The notes under the pieces were generated by a model, which did not search any database, had not been told where the DNA came from, and was given only the letters and a program-made list of their open reading frames with translations. A stretch of DNA of 64,000 bases from Ginglymostoma cirratum (Eukaryota), in NCBI GenBank assembly GCA_024137785.1, contig JAHRHZ010000145.1:35791435-35855434 (forward strand), read 5' to 3'. Shown here one piece after another: positions 48,701 through 60,700 of the stretch (the stretch's first letter is position 1; each line of letters begins with the position of its first letter). A program made the translations under genes and the position numbers.

Positions 48701-51700
48701 TTCCTGAGCCTCTTCCTGAAGAAAAGGAGCCAATTATACGAAAAAAGAAGGTTCCTCCAACAAAAGGTACAAAAGAAGCTATTTGTTCTAAGTTGGCATT
48801 GTTCGTTTGATGAACAGTCTAACCTCTTGCCATTATCTTGTAAAGTAATACTCTCTCTTAGATGTTTCAAATTGCCAATGCTCTGCTAGTTGCTAATCAT
48901 GTTTTACAATACATTAAATTCTTTGCTTATGTGTTTGTGCCATTCTTTTTCTAAATTACACTGTCCTTTTGCAAGAAAATAAATCATTTTGATCAGGTGA
49001 ACTGAAAAGCTTAGCCCCTTTATGCCTGGTTTCTGTGCTCTATGAGTGCATTCTTTCTTCCAAAATGCTATTTGTGATATGCTCTCACTTCTGTTGCTAG
49101 CCATGTTGCCATTATCTTTGTGAGCACTGGAACACATGCACAGAACGTCTTCCAGAAGTGTAGAGATAAGATGACATCCATGAGCATGTAATATTGATTT
49201 GACACAAGCTTTGCAAATTTGGAACGGAACACTTAGGCCACCAGCTAGCCTTTCTTAAGATCACACAACTGAGCAAGCATTCAGCAGCAGGCAGAAGCGT
49301 TCCTTCCATCACCATGCTAAGGGATCAGCAATTGCTTTTAGATTAGTTGTTGACTGATTTCCATTGCCTGTGCTGTGTTGAAGCAGTTTTGAGAGGAGAG
49401 TTCCAGAGTTGAAGGACGTTGTCTGGATTTCAAGAATTATGCGTAAACAATCCGATCAGAGACATGAATGCAGTAGTTTTCCCCCCCTTGAGCAGACCAG
49501 TACAGGGATGGTGAACAGAGATATCTCAGAGCAGAATAAATTACTGAAAGAGGCGGAATGAGGAGCAGGAGAACGACTTTTAGCAAGAGCAGGAGGAATC
49601 TCAGGGACATACAGTATGTTAGATGTCTTTGTTTTACTAAGGCTGTCTCCACTGAAATCTACCACCTATTGCGGTCATAACTGCAGCATTGGACAGGATA
49701 GCAATGGCTATCATGTTTGAATAGCTGGCAATGGATGGGAGGCTTGTAACAGTGTTAAATATGTGCAAGTCACGTGAATGAATGAATTTGAGGTATTAGG
49801 TGTAGTTGGCAGAGATTGTTGGCACCAGAGTGATTGGTGTGTGCACAATAAGCAATGACTAAAGCTGGTGGCCTTTCTGCCCTTGTCTTTCTAGGTTACG
49901 GAGGCCTCAGTTTAGAAGGTACTGTTGAAAGAACTTTGCAGTGCACCTTGTCGTTAGTACGCACTGTTGGGTCAGTAAGCCCTGGTGTTATGGGGAAATG
50001 GGACTTATTGTGAGTTTGGACAACACCAGCCAGGTTCTGAATGAGCTTAAGTTCATGAAGGGTGGAAGTTGAGAAGTTCACTGAAAGAGCAATTAAATTG
50101 TTGAGTCTGTAGGCAACAAATGCATGGACACACTAACGGATACACGGGAACAGGCGATATTGTAAAGGTGGAGAAAGACAGTTTTGATGATGAAGCAACT
50201 TTGGGATCAGAATCTCAGCTCAAGGTGAAGTGGATTGCTCAGGTTTTGAACAGTCGGGATCAATCTCAGATCGTGACCGGGGTGGTGAATGTAATTAGTC
50301 AATAAGGCTAGGTTTAAGCCCGGATTCTCCCCAATATTTAATTGAAGGAAATTGTTGCTCAGTTGGTACCAAATATTAGTCAAGGGTAAAGGCAAATCTC
50401 ATATAATGGTGAGGTTGAGAAATGTGGAAGTGAATTAGCAGAGGTGTGTGTTGTTAATGCCTGTGTGGAATCTAAAGTGTTATCAAATGCTGTGAGGAGC
50501 AGCATGCTGATCAGATGTACAACCTATGTACTGCAAGGAGAGATAAATTAGGATGCTACCTAATAGTTCTGTCTATTGCCTACATTATATAGCTTTCATT
50601 AAATGGCATCATTTAGGAGTCCAAACAAAACTAGAATCACTGAACGATAATCCTGTGCTGGTTGGAAGACACAAAGAAAGATGTTTGTGTTTGTTGAAGG
50701 TCAGTTATCTCAGCCATGGACATCACTGCAGGAGTTCCTCAGGAGGCCCAGCCATCTTCAGCTGTTAATTAATGATCTGTCATAAGATCAGCATGGGGAT
50801 GCTGCTGATGACTGCACAATGTTTAGCACCATTCATGATCCCTATGATACTTTAGTAGTACGTGTTCATATGCAGCAGGATCTGGGTAATATCAAGGCTT
50901 GGGTTAGAGGAAGTGGTAGAAGCAGGTGCAGTTATAACACTTACAAGCCATTTAGACAGGTGCATGAATAGGAAAGGTTTAGAGGGATGTGGGCCAATCA
51001 CAGGCAAGTGGGACTAATTTAGTTAGGGCAACTTGGTCGGTGTGGACAAGTTGGACCAAAGGGCCTGTTTCCATGCCATATGATTCTATGACTCCATGAC
51101 AGTAAATCTTTAAATAAATTTCATTTTTGTTTTGGATAAGCTTTTGCTAAATATAAAACATATTCTAAAATGCTAGATGTTGCTGAGAAGCCTACTCCTG
51201 AAGAACCAGTGCCAGTTCAAAGGAAAGAGAAAATCACAACAGTAAAAGGTACAAAAAGTGCAAAACGTGTGCAATTATTTTCTTACTTGATACAGTCATG
51301 TATTGTTGTCATTAATGTGACGTTTTAGAAAATGCTCATTCTTGACAATTTGCTGTTAATGTGTTGCAATGTTGTGGCTCATTGTCCTTAGTTGCATATG
51401 CGTAGATTATGAATATTGTGATAGAATTAACAATTCCATAAGATTTTGTTACGACAGGGAGTAAATTGGAGTGAAGATCTTTTTCAAGCCTAGAAATTCA
51501 TTTTTGTCTGTAATAAAAATGTGATGATATTAGAAATTGTAATTTCTAATTGTAATTGTAATTAGAAATCGTAGAAACTTACCAGTGATATATGGTAAAA
51601 CATTGAACTTGTTTCAATGACTTAGAATGAAGGGAAATTGAAATAACAAAATTTTTACACTGCGTTTCAGAAAATATAAGAAATTGATTAAAATTTCATT

Positions 51701-54700
51701 AATGCAAGTTACAAAAATCCAGAAGGCAATGCCTTACTTATTAAGTAACAGGAGTTGGTGCAGCTTTGCAGTTATGTCCTTATTCCAAGTGAAATTGTGA
51801 TGTTTTGTCCTCTTTGGTGTTAAGATGTATTCTATATATCTTCAATTATTTAAGCTTTTAAAATAAATAATATTCTTTCAAAGTGCCAGAGATTCCTAAA
51901 AAGGAAGTTGTTGAAGAGGCAAGAACAGTTATTATTTCAAGAAGAGAGGAAATTTCTGCACCAGAAGGTATAATGTTACCTTGAAGAATTTCATGCAATC
52001 TTCATTCATCCATCATTTAATATCAACTTCATCAGATCATAATCCAAGCATGGTTTTTCTCCACGATCTTCTATGTTTTAATCAGATCCCTGTTGTTGAT
52101 GATGCTTATGGTGGCATATTTTTGGTTGTATTTTTGTTGCGTTTTGTCCTATTGTAGTGTGAGATAATTACTTAAATGTCTCGTAAGTGTGTTTGTCTTT
52201 GTTTTGTCTTTTCTGTGTGGCTTTCAGCCTTATTTTTGCTTCAAAGTAATAAAATGGTGATTTAATTTGGAGCATTTAAATTTGTTAAAACAGTTCGAAA
52301 ACAAATCAGGCTTTTTTTTATAAAGTTTCACGTTTCTCTATTGAAATTGTACAGTTGTCAGAACAGAATTTTAAGCTCTGTGAAAAATTTGTCAGTTATT
52401 TAAAGGGAGCAAACCTTAATTCTGTACTTAGATTAATTTAAATGTTCACTGTTTCCCACAATTTATTTTAGTTTATTCGTTTGTAGTATCCATTGTCAAA
52501 ATTAATCATTTGTATAAGGAATATTTTCCTCTAGCAAATAAAATGCTATGAGGCAAGCTCAAACAAAATGACAACTCTTATTTAGTGCGCTGGATTGGGT
52601 TGGAGTGATCCAAAAGAACCAATTTTCGATCTAAGATTTATCAGGTGATTTTGTGATAGTGAGGTTGAAAAGCAATGCCACAATTCCTTTTAACATCCCC
52701 AGTTTGGGAAAGTGGGGGCATTTCCTGATTATACTTTGGAATCCAGATTAATAATAATAGCATCAAGCACATGTAATTTTCTGACTAAGCTATAACACCT
52801 GAGGAAAAAAACTTACAGTATGAATTGTTGAAAAAAAGTAGAAATTTTACAGTTGTGTTTGGCAGGATAAGAGCAAGTGAAACTATACTATCGCCAAGCT
52901 TTTAAAAGTCAATAGGCACAAATAACTAAATATCCTGATTGATCAAGGGTCATGACATAATTGTAAGTGCACCCCCAAGCAGATAACTGACAGTGAAACA
53001 CAGCACCAGTTTGTTAAGTTTAGGTGCTCAGGGTGACTGAAAGAGTCAGGTAGAAAGAGAAGAGTTAAGGAACATGCCAAAAACCATGCTATGCATAAGC
53101 TTTGAGTCTTATCATCGCTAATGCTGACAGCAATATCTTTGTGTGATGTTGTTCACTGTCTCTTCCAAAAAGGTTACTGTTGTGTGTGGTGGACATCCCA
53201 CCATGTTGGTTGTATACCTCTTGTTGTATTCCAAGTTCTGTGGCCAAAAAGACTGCAAGTAATTTAACATGTGCTCTGAGCAAGCTGACCATCATGTGCC
53301 TGATGACAGAAGAAATAGCAAATCTGGCCAAGTTGTAAATAGTTGTAAGGGCAGGAGTAGAAGTTGAGGGTGAGTGATGCAAAAAAAAAACAAGGTTGAG
53401 AAGTTATGTGTTCCCTAGGGACTTGTGGATTATTGTGGCAAGTAGAGAAGGATTGTTTTATGCTGAGGTAAATAAACAGTTTAGCAGGATTGTATCAAAA
53501 CATTCAATGTACAATGGATTCTTACCTAGGCAACCCAAATCCAATCATTAAATTTGCTAGTGCTTAGCAACTAGGTCCTGACAATAATGCTTAAAACATT
53601 CATCTATTGTACCACTTCTACCATGATTATTCGCCAACATGCCTCAGCATCTGCTTGATGTCAAAGGGAAGCAGAATGTCCTCTACGTTTTGAATATCAA
53701 CCAGCCCTTTATAGTTGTTACTGTAAATCTCAGTCCCGTTTGAGCCCTTCCTGTCTCCAGAAATCCTGCAACTCCACGGTATTGCTTCCCTGCTTTGGCC
53801 AGACAGGAAACAAATCTTTGTCGCAAGCCTTTAAGAACCTGATGCAACATTTGAGATCTCACCTTCTAAGCAACATGGTGACTGCATTTGATGTTAACAT
53901 GACACACTTGTGCAATTTAAAGATGATCAGGACCTTGGGTGGTTTTTCCATTAACTTGTCCAAATGCCTTTGGGTTTCATCACATACACACCTTATAATG
54001 AGACCAAATTGTTCCTATATTGTCTATATTGACTATATTGTCCCCAGTAGTGGTGTACGGGTAAACAGCTATCAAAATTCAGTTTCATTATTTCAGTGAT
54101 TATTGGTTTGATTGATAAATTAGAAAGTAATGTCTTTGTTTTTAAAATTGTGTTTTGTTTTTAAAAAGTGACAGAGGTTACTAAGAAGCCAACTGTTGAA
54201 GAAGTAAAACCAACTATTGTACCAAGAAAGGAAAAGGTTGCTCCAGCAAAAGGTATAAGATCATTCAGGATCCCAGTACCAGCATTAACTTTACATTAAG
54301 CAGCATTTTGCTCTTTCCCTCACAATGAAAATGATGGCTATTTTTTCAAGCAGAACTTTGGTCTGAATCAAAACAGCCTTCTTCAGGTTTAGACCAGTGC
54401 AATTCTTTTCCTGTATTCATGGATTTGTGTTGTTCTGTTGCAGTATGGTGAAGCAATAGTACCTGTATTTTGTTGTTTGAGGTACTCATGCCTTCTGGCT
54501 TAAACAAATGATAATTTTTATTGCAACACTTAGATTAAAATGTCATATTGAATGAACTCAGTGCAGGTCAGTATTAACTATTGAAAACAGGTCCAATATT
54601 TAAAGTAATTTTTAAAGATCAATTATCACAAAACATTGACGAATTGATTTGAAAAAGATATAAGCACAGTGAAATTAAAGTGTTCAATTTGTGAAAATAG

Positions 54701-57700
54701 TAAGGAAGTAATATTTTTGTACCTCCATTATTAGCAGAGATGTTATTTTAAAGCTGTTGTTAAGTTAGGAATTTTGGGTATTTTTCTATAAAAGGTATAT
54801 TGGAAGAAGAGCTATACTTAAAGTTAGGCTTGTAAAGTACTAGTGTTTTCAGGCAAATTTATTTTTAAAAATGTTAGAATGAAAGATAGTCAACTTTGCT
54901 AGCTTAGATGTTGTTTCATCATATGTTGTTAATAAGTAATATAACTCTTCATATTGATCCTTGTCTTGCTAAATGTTTTCTTACACAGAGGCTAATATAG
55001 CAAACATGCAGAAGTTACCTTTGTGATTTAGCGTTTGTTTGTCATTGCAATGAAAAATGTCACTTTAATTCAGTATGGTCCATTGTATGTTTCATGTCAT
55101 AATTCAGTGCTTAAATTTTTTCAAGTGCCAGAAGTCCCTAAGAAGCCAATTCATGAGGAAATTATTACTGTGAGAAGAGAAGATATTATTCCAACTGAAG
55201 GTAAAATGAATGCACAGAAGATTTTATATTAATATTCTTCATCCGTCATTACACCTCTTGTTCACACCATTATGGCCATATTCAAATACTACTTCTTATT
55301 TAAATGTTATATGTATTTCTATGATTGTGTCTTCGTGCTGTACAGTAAGTCTGTTGTAACCACACGAATTGGCCCAAATCTTGCTGGAATCGCGCATCTT
55401 GTGTTGTGCAACAATAGAATTTTTCCTGAAGTCTCCAGCTTAAATTTTTGGCCTTTCAATTGTTGAAAATACAAACTAATAACAAAATGATTATTATATT
55501 GGGGCATCTGCACTTTAGTGAATCTATTTCCTTGCAAATAGATATTACATTTACAATCAACATTAAGAGAGTATTTACCCTGTTAATTACCAATTCTTAA
55601 TATTCTTTGCCAAGCTTATTTCAATGTCAATGTGCAAATTCCAGTAAGTTTTTAAAATATCAAGGGCAAATTTTAGTTTCTGTGAGGCAAATAGTGGAGC
55701 AACATAATTATTTTTTAAAAAAAGTTAATTGTGACAATTTGTAATTTATGTCCTTTTTGTCTGAATTTGCACGATACCTATGCATGTTGGAAATTCACCA
55801 CTTGTTCCAGCAACATTTTTGAACCTTACACATTTCTGCATTGTCCATTCCAATGGCTAAAGATGCTGGAAGTACACAAGTATTTTTATGGCAGGGTATT
55901 AAGTAAATGTGAATTTGATCATGAATCTTCAGAATTATAGGGCTATTTAATATAAACAATATTTATTTGAAAATAGAACCCAGTTATTAATAGAATGATT
56001 GTTAAAACAAGCTGGTTTACATCTCATGTCTGTTAGTTACTTTTGTCGTGTATGTTTCATTTTATCTGTGTTTTAACAATCGTCAATGGTGTATAAATAT
56101 TCTTGGTTAAATCATGGTTGTAAAAAAATTATAATGATCTTTCAAGTTCTGGAGATCTCTGAGAAGACATTCGTTAAAGAAGTGAAAGTGATTACGACCA
56201 CAACGGAAGAAGAGATCTTTCCACCTCCAGGTATAAAAACAAGAAGATGTAAATTCAGTTATTTCTTGTACAAGAAGAAATCTATTCTTTTTATTAGAAA
56301 TCATTTTGACTTTTTATGGTTATCATATAAAGTCTTTCCAAGAAATGGCTTTAATTGCTGCTTATTAAAACACAATTTGTGTTCTTGCTTTAAACAAAAT
56401 TGTGATGTTCTGTCGTATTGTTATTGTGTTCTAACAAATGTTGTGAAATGCAAAAAAGCACCTTTTATGTGATAACATGATAAATATTAAGTTTGAGTAT
56501 TCATTCTTAAAATACACTGAGGTTCATGCTATTTAATTCAATCTATGAAAAGCATGAATTCGTTATCAGTGATAATATGCAGATTCATGTCAACACAATT
56601 GGAGATGAATAAATAGGATCATTTTTAAGACCATGTCAATTAGTATTATATACAATGGTTACAACCAGCAACATCCAGTTAGCCTGGTCTGACTTTTAAC
56701 CTACATTCAGGGCAAAAGATTCTACCTAACCTATTTCACCATTTGCTTGTGACCGCTACATATTTAAGTTTATTTTACATTCATATATCTTTTATTTTAT
56801 TAAAATATTATGAAAGGAAAGGTGTTTTATTTCTGCATCTTATACTATTCATGTTGTCATAAGTTGTCTCTTGCAAATTCCATGTTATCTTGATCATTTC
56901 AAATGTTGGTCTTGTGTAAATTTTTAAATATTAAATTAATCTTAAATTAATGATGTTCTTTAAAGTGCCAGAATTCATTCAGAAGACCCTTCCTGAAGAA
57001 GTTAAACGAGTTTCTGTTCCAAAAAAAGATATTATACCACCCAAAGGTATAAAAAGCTTTTTTTCATCAACTTGTGTAATATTGTGTAGTGTCTTCAGTT
57101 ATGTTCAATGTTATCTTTCACTGTCTTCTAATAAGTTACAAAGTTTTCATGCTTCTTGGTGTATAAATGGAAACAGTTTTCTCCATATTTGTTAATGTGT
57201 GCTAATCTGCTACTGTGTACTGTGGCACTATGGTTCATGTTTATAATTGTAGTGTGAATTTGTCATAAACAGTGATTCTAACAGGCAGAAAATATTTGTG
57301 GAATGTGGACTTTGGTCTGTGATCTTGAATATTGTGATCTTTACCGAATTTAAATATGGAAATAAATAATAATTTTAATGTCTTATATATCATGATCATT
57401 TGTTTGACAAAAAGTGGTGAAAACTTGGCTTTAATTAGAATGTTAGTAACAGCATTATTTTGGTGTCAAATATGTTTTATCAACAAACCTGTTGCTGCTG
57501 GATACTGTTTAATTACTTGGCAATTTTGATAAAATCATTGTCTTTTGAGCGAAAGAGATGTCTTGTCTGAGTTCAATCTATCATGTGTTTCGTGCTTTCT
57601 GTTCTTTTTATGCATCTTCATTGTTATCTCTTATATCTTCATGAATGAACCTGATCTTTAAACAATTGTCCTTTGAAGTGCCAGAGATTTGTGAGAAACC

Positions 57701-60700
57701 AGCTGTGGAAGAAGTAAAACCAGTCATTATTCCAGAAAAAGCAGAGATTACTCCGGCTAAAGGTAGAGCTATGAACAGAACATTTTATCCACGTTTTATT
57801 CTTTTATAATATAACATTGTGTTCTTGCAATAGTGAAGATAACGATTTCTGCTTTTGGGAGTCATCCCTTGAATTGCCATCTTGCTTTGGTGCTGCTTGG
57901 TCTTTAGATATAGACTGTCTTCCTGTTTTTATCGGAGGGTAATGTTTTCTCACAGTGCTGTACATTCATACTTTGTGTTGCATAGCAATCATATAGGAAA
58001 AAGTTTTTGAATGAATTAAAAGGATAATTAAACATAGATATTTACGCAGAAACTACTACCTCTACTGAATTTTAAGTTGAGGAAAAAGTTCTACTTTGAT
58101 GAATAAGTGTAACATTACAACATACAGCATTCATTCTGCAAAGTTTAAGTACAGTGCTCCACTAACAAATACCTGCAACACATCCTTTGATTCTACTCTT
58201 TTGACTAATATAATAGTTTTCTTTACTAAAAACCAAAAGAACTGCGGATGCTTTAAATCAGAAACAAAAACAGAAGTTGCTGGAACAGCTCAGCAGGCCT
58301 GGCAGCATCTGTGAAGAGAAGTCAGAGTTAACATTTCGGGTCTGGTGACCCTTCCTCAAAACAATTCTGAGGAAGGGTCACTGGACCCGAAATGTTAACT
58401 CTGATTTCTCATCACACATGCTGCCAGACCCGGGCGGGGGGAGCTTTCCCAGCAATTCCTGTGCTTGTTTTTAATATTTTTCTTTGTCGGTTTGGTTAAG
58501 GGAAAATATACAGGACTGGATTATGCATTGCTCTGACTGGCATGTTTTCAGCTTGGGCTGGGGGGATGTCCTGGATAGTCCACCACCTTCTTGCCCATCC
58601 CTACATGTTTTCATATTGTGGGATAGGTAATGCCTCCACTAGCCACCTGTCCTTCAGCCTAGTTAGGCCTTTAAGTCCACCTCTAATACAATAAAAGCTG
58701 AATCTGGGAGAGCCATTTTTGACTAAAGTTGGTGAGATGGCAGGAAAGAAAGAAGGTATCTTCTTTGGGGGTGTCCCTAATGCTTACAGGGCAATCCCCA
58801 TAAGGTTAGTCTCATGCTTTGCTCCTCACTGCCTGGCCTCAAATGTCTGTCTATCCTCTTAGAATTCCCAATCCCTCCCGATTCAAAAGGACAGGACTTA
58901 CCTGGGCTCAGTTGCCATCAATCTTCTTTGTGGAGATTTTTGTAATGCCAGCTGTGCCCATTACTTAGCTGCTGAGGGTGATCTTCTTTCCAGTGAGTGG
59001 CAGGACGCCCTTGTTAAGACCTCCTGCAGTGTAATATTGCTGGAGAGGAAGTGGCGGCAGCCTTTGGTAATGGAAGGGTGGATAGAAGGTGTGGGGAGAG
59101 TACATACAATTCCCCCTACAAGTCTATTGATCACAGAATCATTCCGTTCAGAAGGCATCCTTCGGCCCGTCTACATTGACAAAAACTATCAATGTGCACA
59201 AGTCCCATTTTCCAGCATTTGGCCTGTAGCCTTGAATGTTAGGACATACTTATCCAAGTACTGTTTAAACATTGTGAAGTTTTCCACCGCAACTACCCTC
59301 CCAGAGAATAAATTCCAGCCATACTCTCTGGCCGTAAATGGATGCCAGGACAGTACAGATCATTTTTAACCTTAAAAAAATGAAAGTAATGCCCTATTAT
59401 TTAGAAGCAATTTGTTTTATCACTGCAGAAATTCAGTTGCCTCAAAAGAGCACACTTTCAGTCAGGAATAGATTCCTTCTAATTTAAAAGTTACACAGCT
59501 GCAAATGTGAATTAAGTGGTATATTAGTACCTGTTGTAATTTGTGTTTTATGTTGTTGAACATCTTCAGAGTTATGTGTGTTGTCTGTCATGCTAATTTG
59601 CTCTTCGTACGTCATTGTTCTTTAAAGTGCCAAAGGTTCCTAAGAAGCCTCTGGCTGAAGAAATTAAACCAGCTCGTCTTCCAGAAAAAGAACCAGTCAC
59701 ACCAGTCAAAGGTATAAACTTAGTACAAAAAGATTTCTAAACATGCTGTGTTATTTTTGTGTGTTTTGTCGTTATCTTTTTGTGTTCGTTAGTTATCATA
59801 AAGTATTTCTTGAGATAAAGGAAAACAAGGATTTAAGCTAATTTATAGTGCCATGATATCTAATAAGGTTTCACCTCAAACATAGATAAAAGGTACTGCA
59901 GATGCTGGAGAAGCCGAGATAACAAGCATGGGGCTGGATGAACACAGCAGGTCAAGCAGCATCATAGGAGCAGGAAAACTTGACGTTTCAGGCCTAGACN
60001 NNNNNNNNNNNNNNNNNNNNNNNNNNNNNNNNNNNNNNNNNNNNNNNNNNNNNNNNNNNNNNNNNNNNNNNNNNNNNNNNNNNNNNNNNNNNNNNNNNNN
60101 NNNNNNNNNNNNNNNNNNNNNNNNNNNNNNNNNNNNNNNNNNNNNNNNNNNNNNNNNNNNNNNNNNNNNNNNNNNNNNNNNNNNNNNNNNNNNNNNNNNN
60201 NNNNNNNNNNNNNNNNNNNNNNNNNNNNNNNNNNNNNNNNNNNNNNNNNNNNNNNNNNNNNNNNNNNNNNNNNNNNNNNNNNNNNNNNNNNNNNNNNNNN
60301 NNNNNNNNNNNNNNNNNNNNNNNNNNNNNNNNNNNNNNNNNNNNNNNNNNNNNNNNNNNNNNNNNNNNNNNNNNNNNNNNNNNNNNNNNNNNNNNNNNNA
60401 ACTTGACGTTTCGGGCCTAGTTTTCCTGCTCCTATGATGCTGCTTGACCTGCTGTGTTCATTCAGCCCCATGCTTGTTATCTCGGCTTCACCTCAAACAC
60501 TTGAGTTTGTACAGATATTAGTACTATTTAACTTCGAGCAACCTGAAACCTTTATTTGATCGGTGATTTAACATTGACTTTGATAAATTTAATCGAAAGG
60601 TATGATTGAGAATATTTGAACTAATTTGAAAATTGAAATTAGCTAAGTGAATTTGTACAGAAAAATTTTCTTTCATTGCAAATGTTAGCAAAGTTGCCAG

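Noticed and set aside
59928-60471. 169-aa ORFs on both strands
   Set aside because: Artefacts of translating through 400 Ns inside a palindromic repeat.
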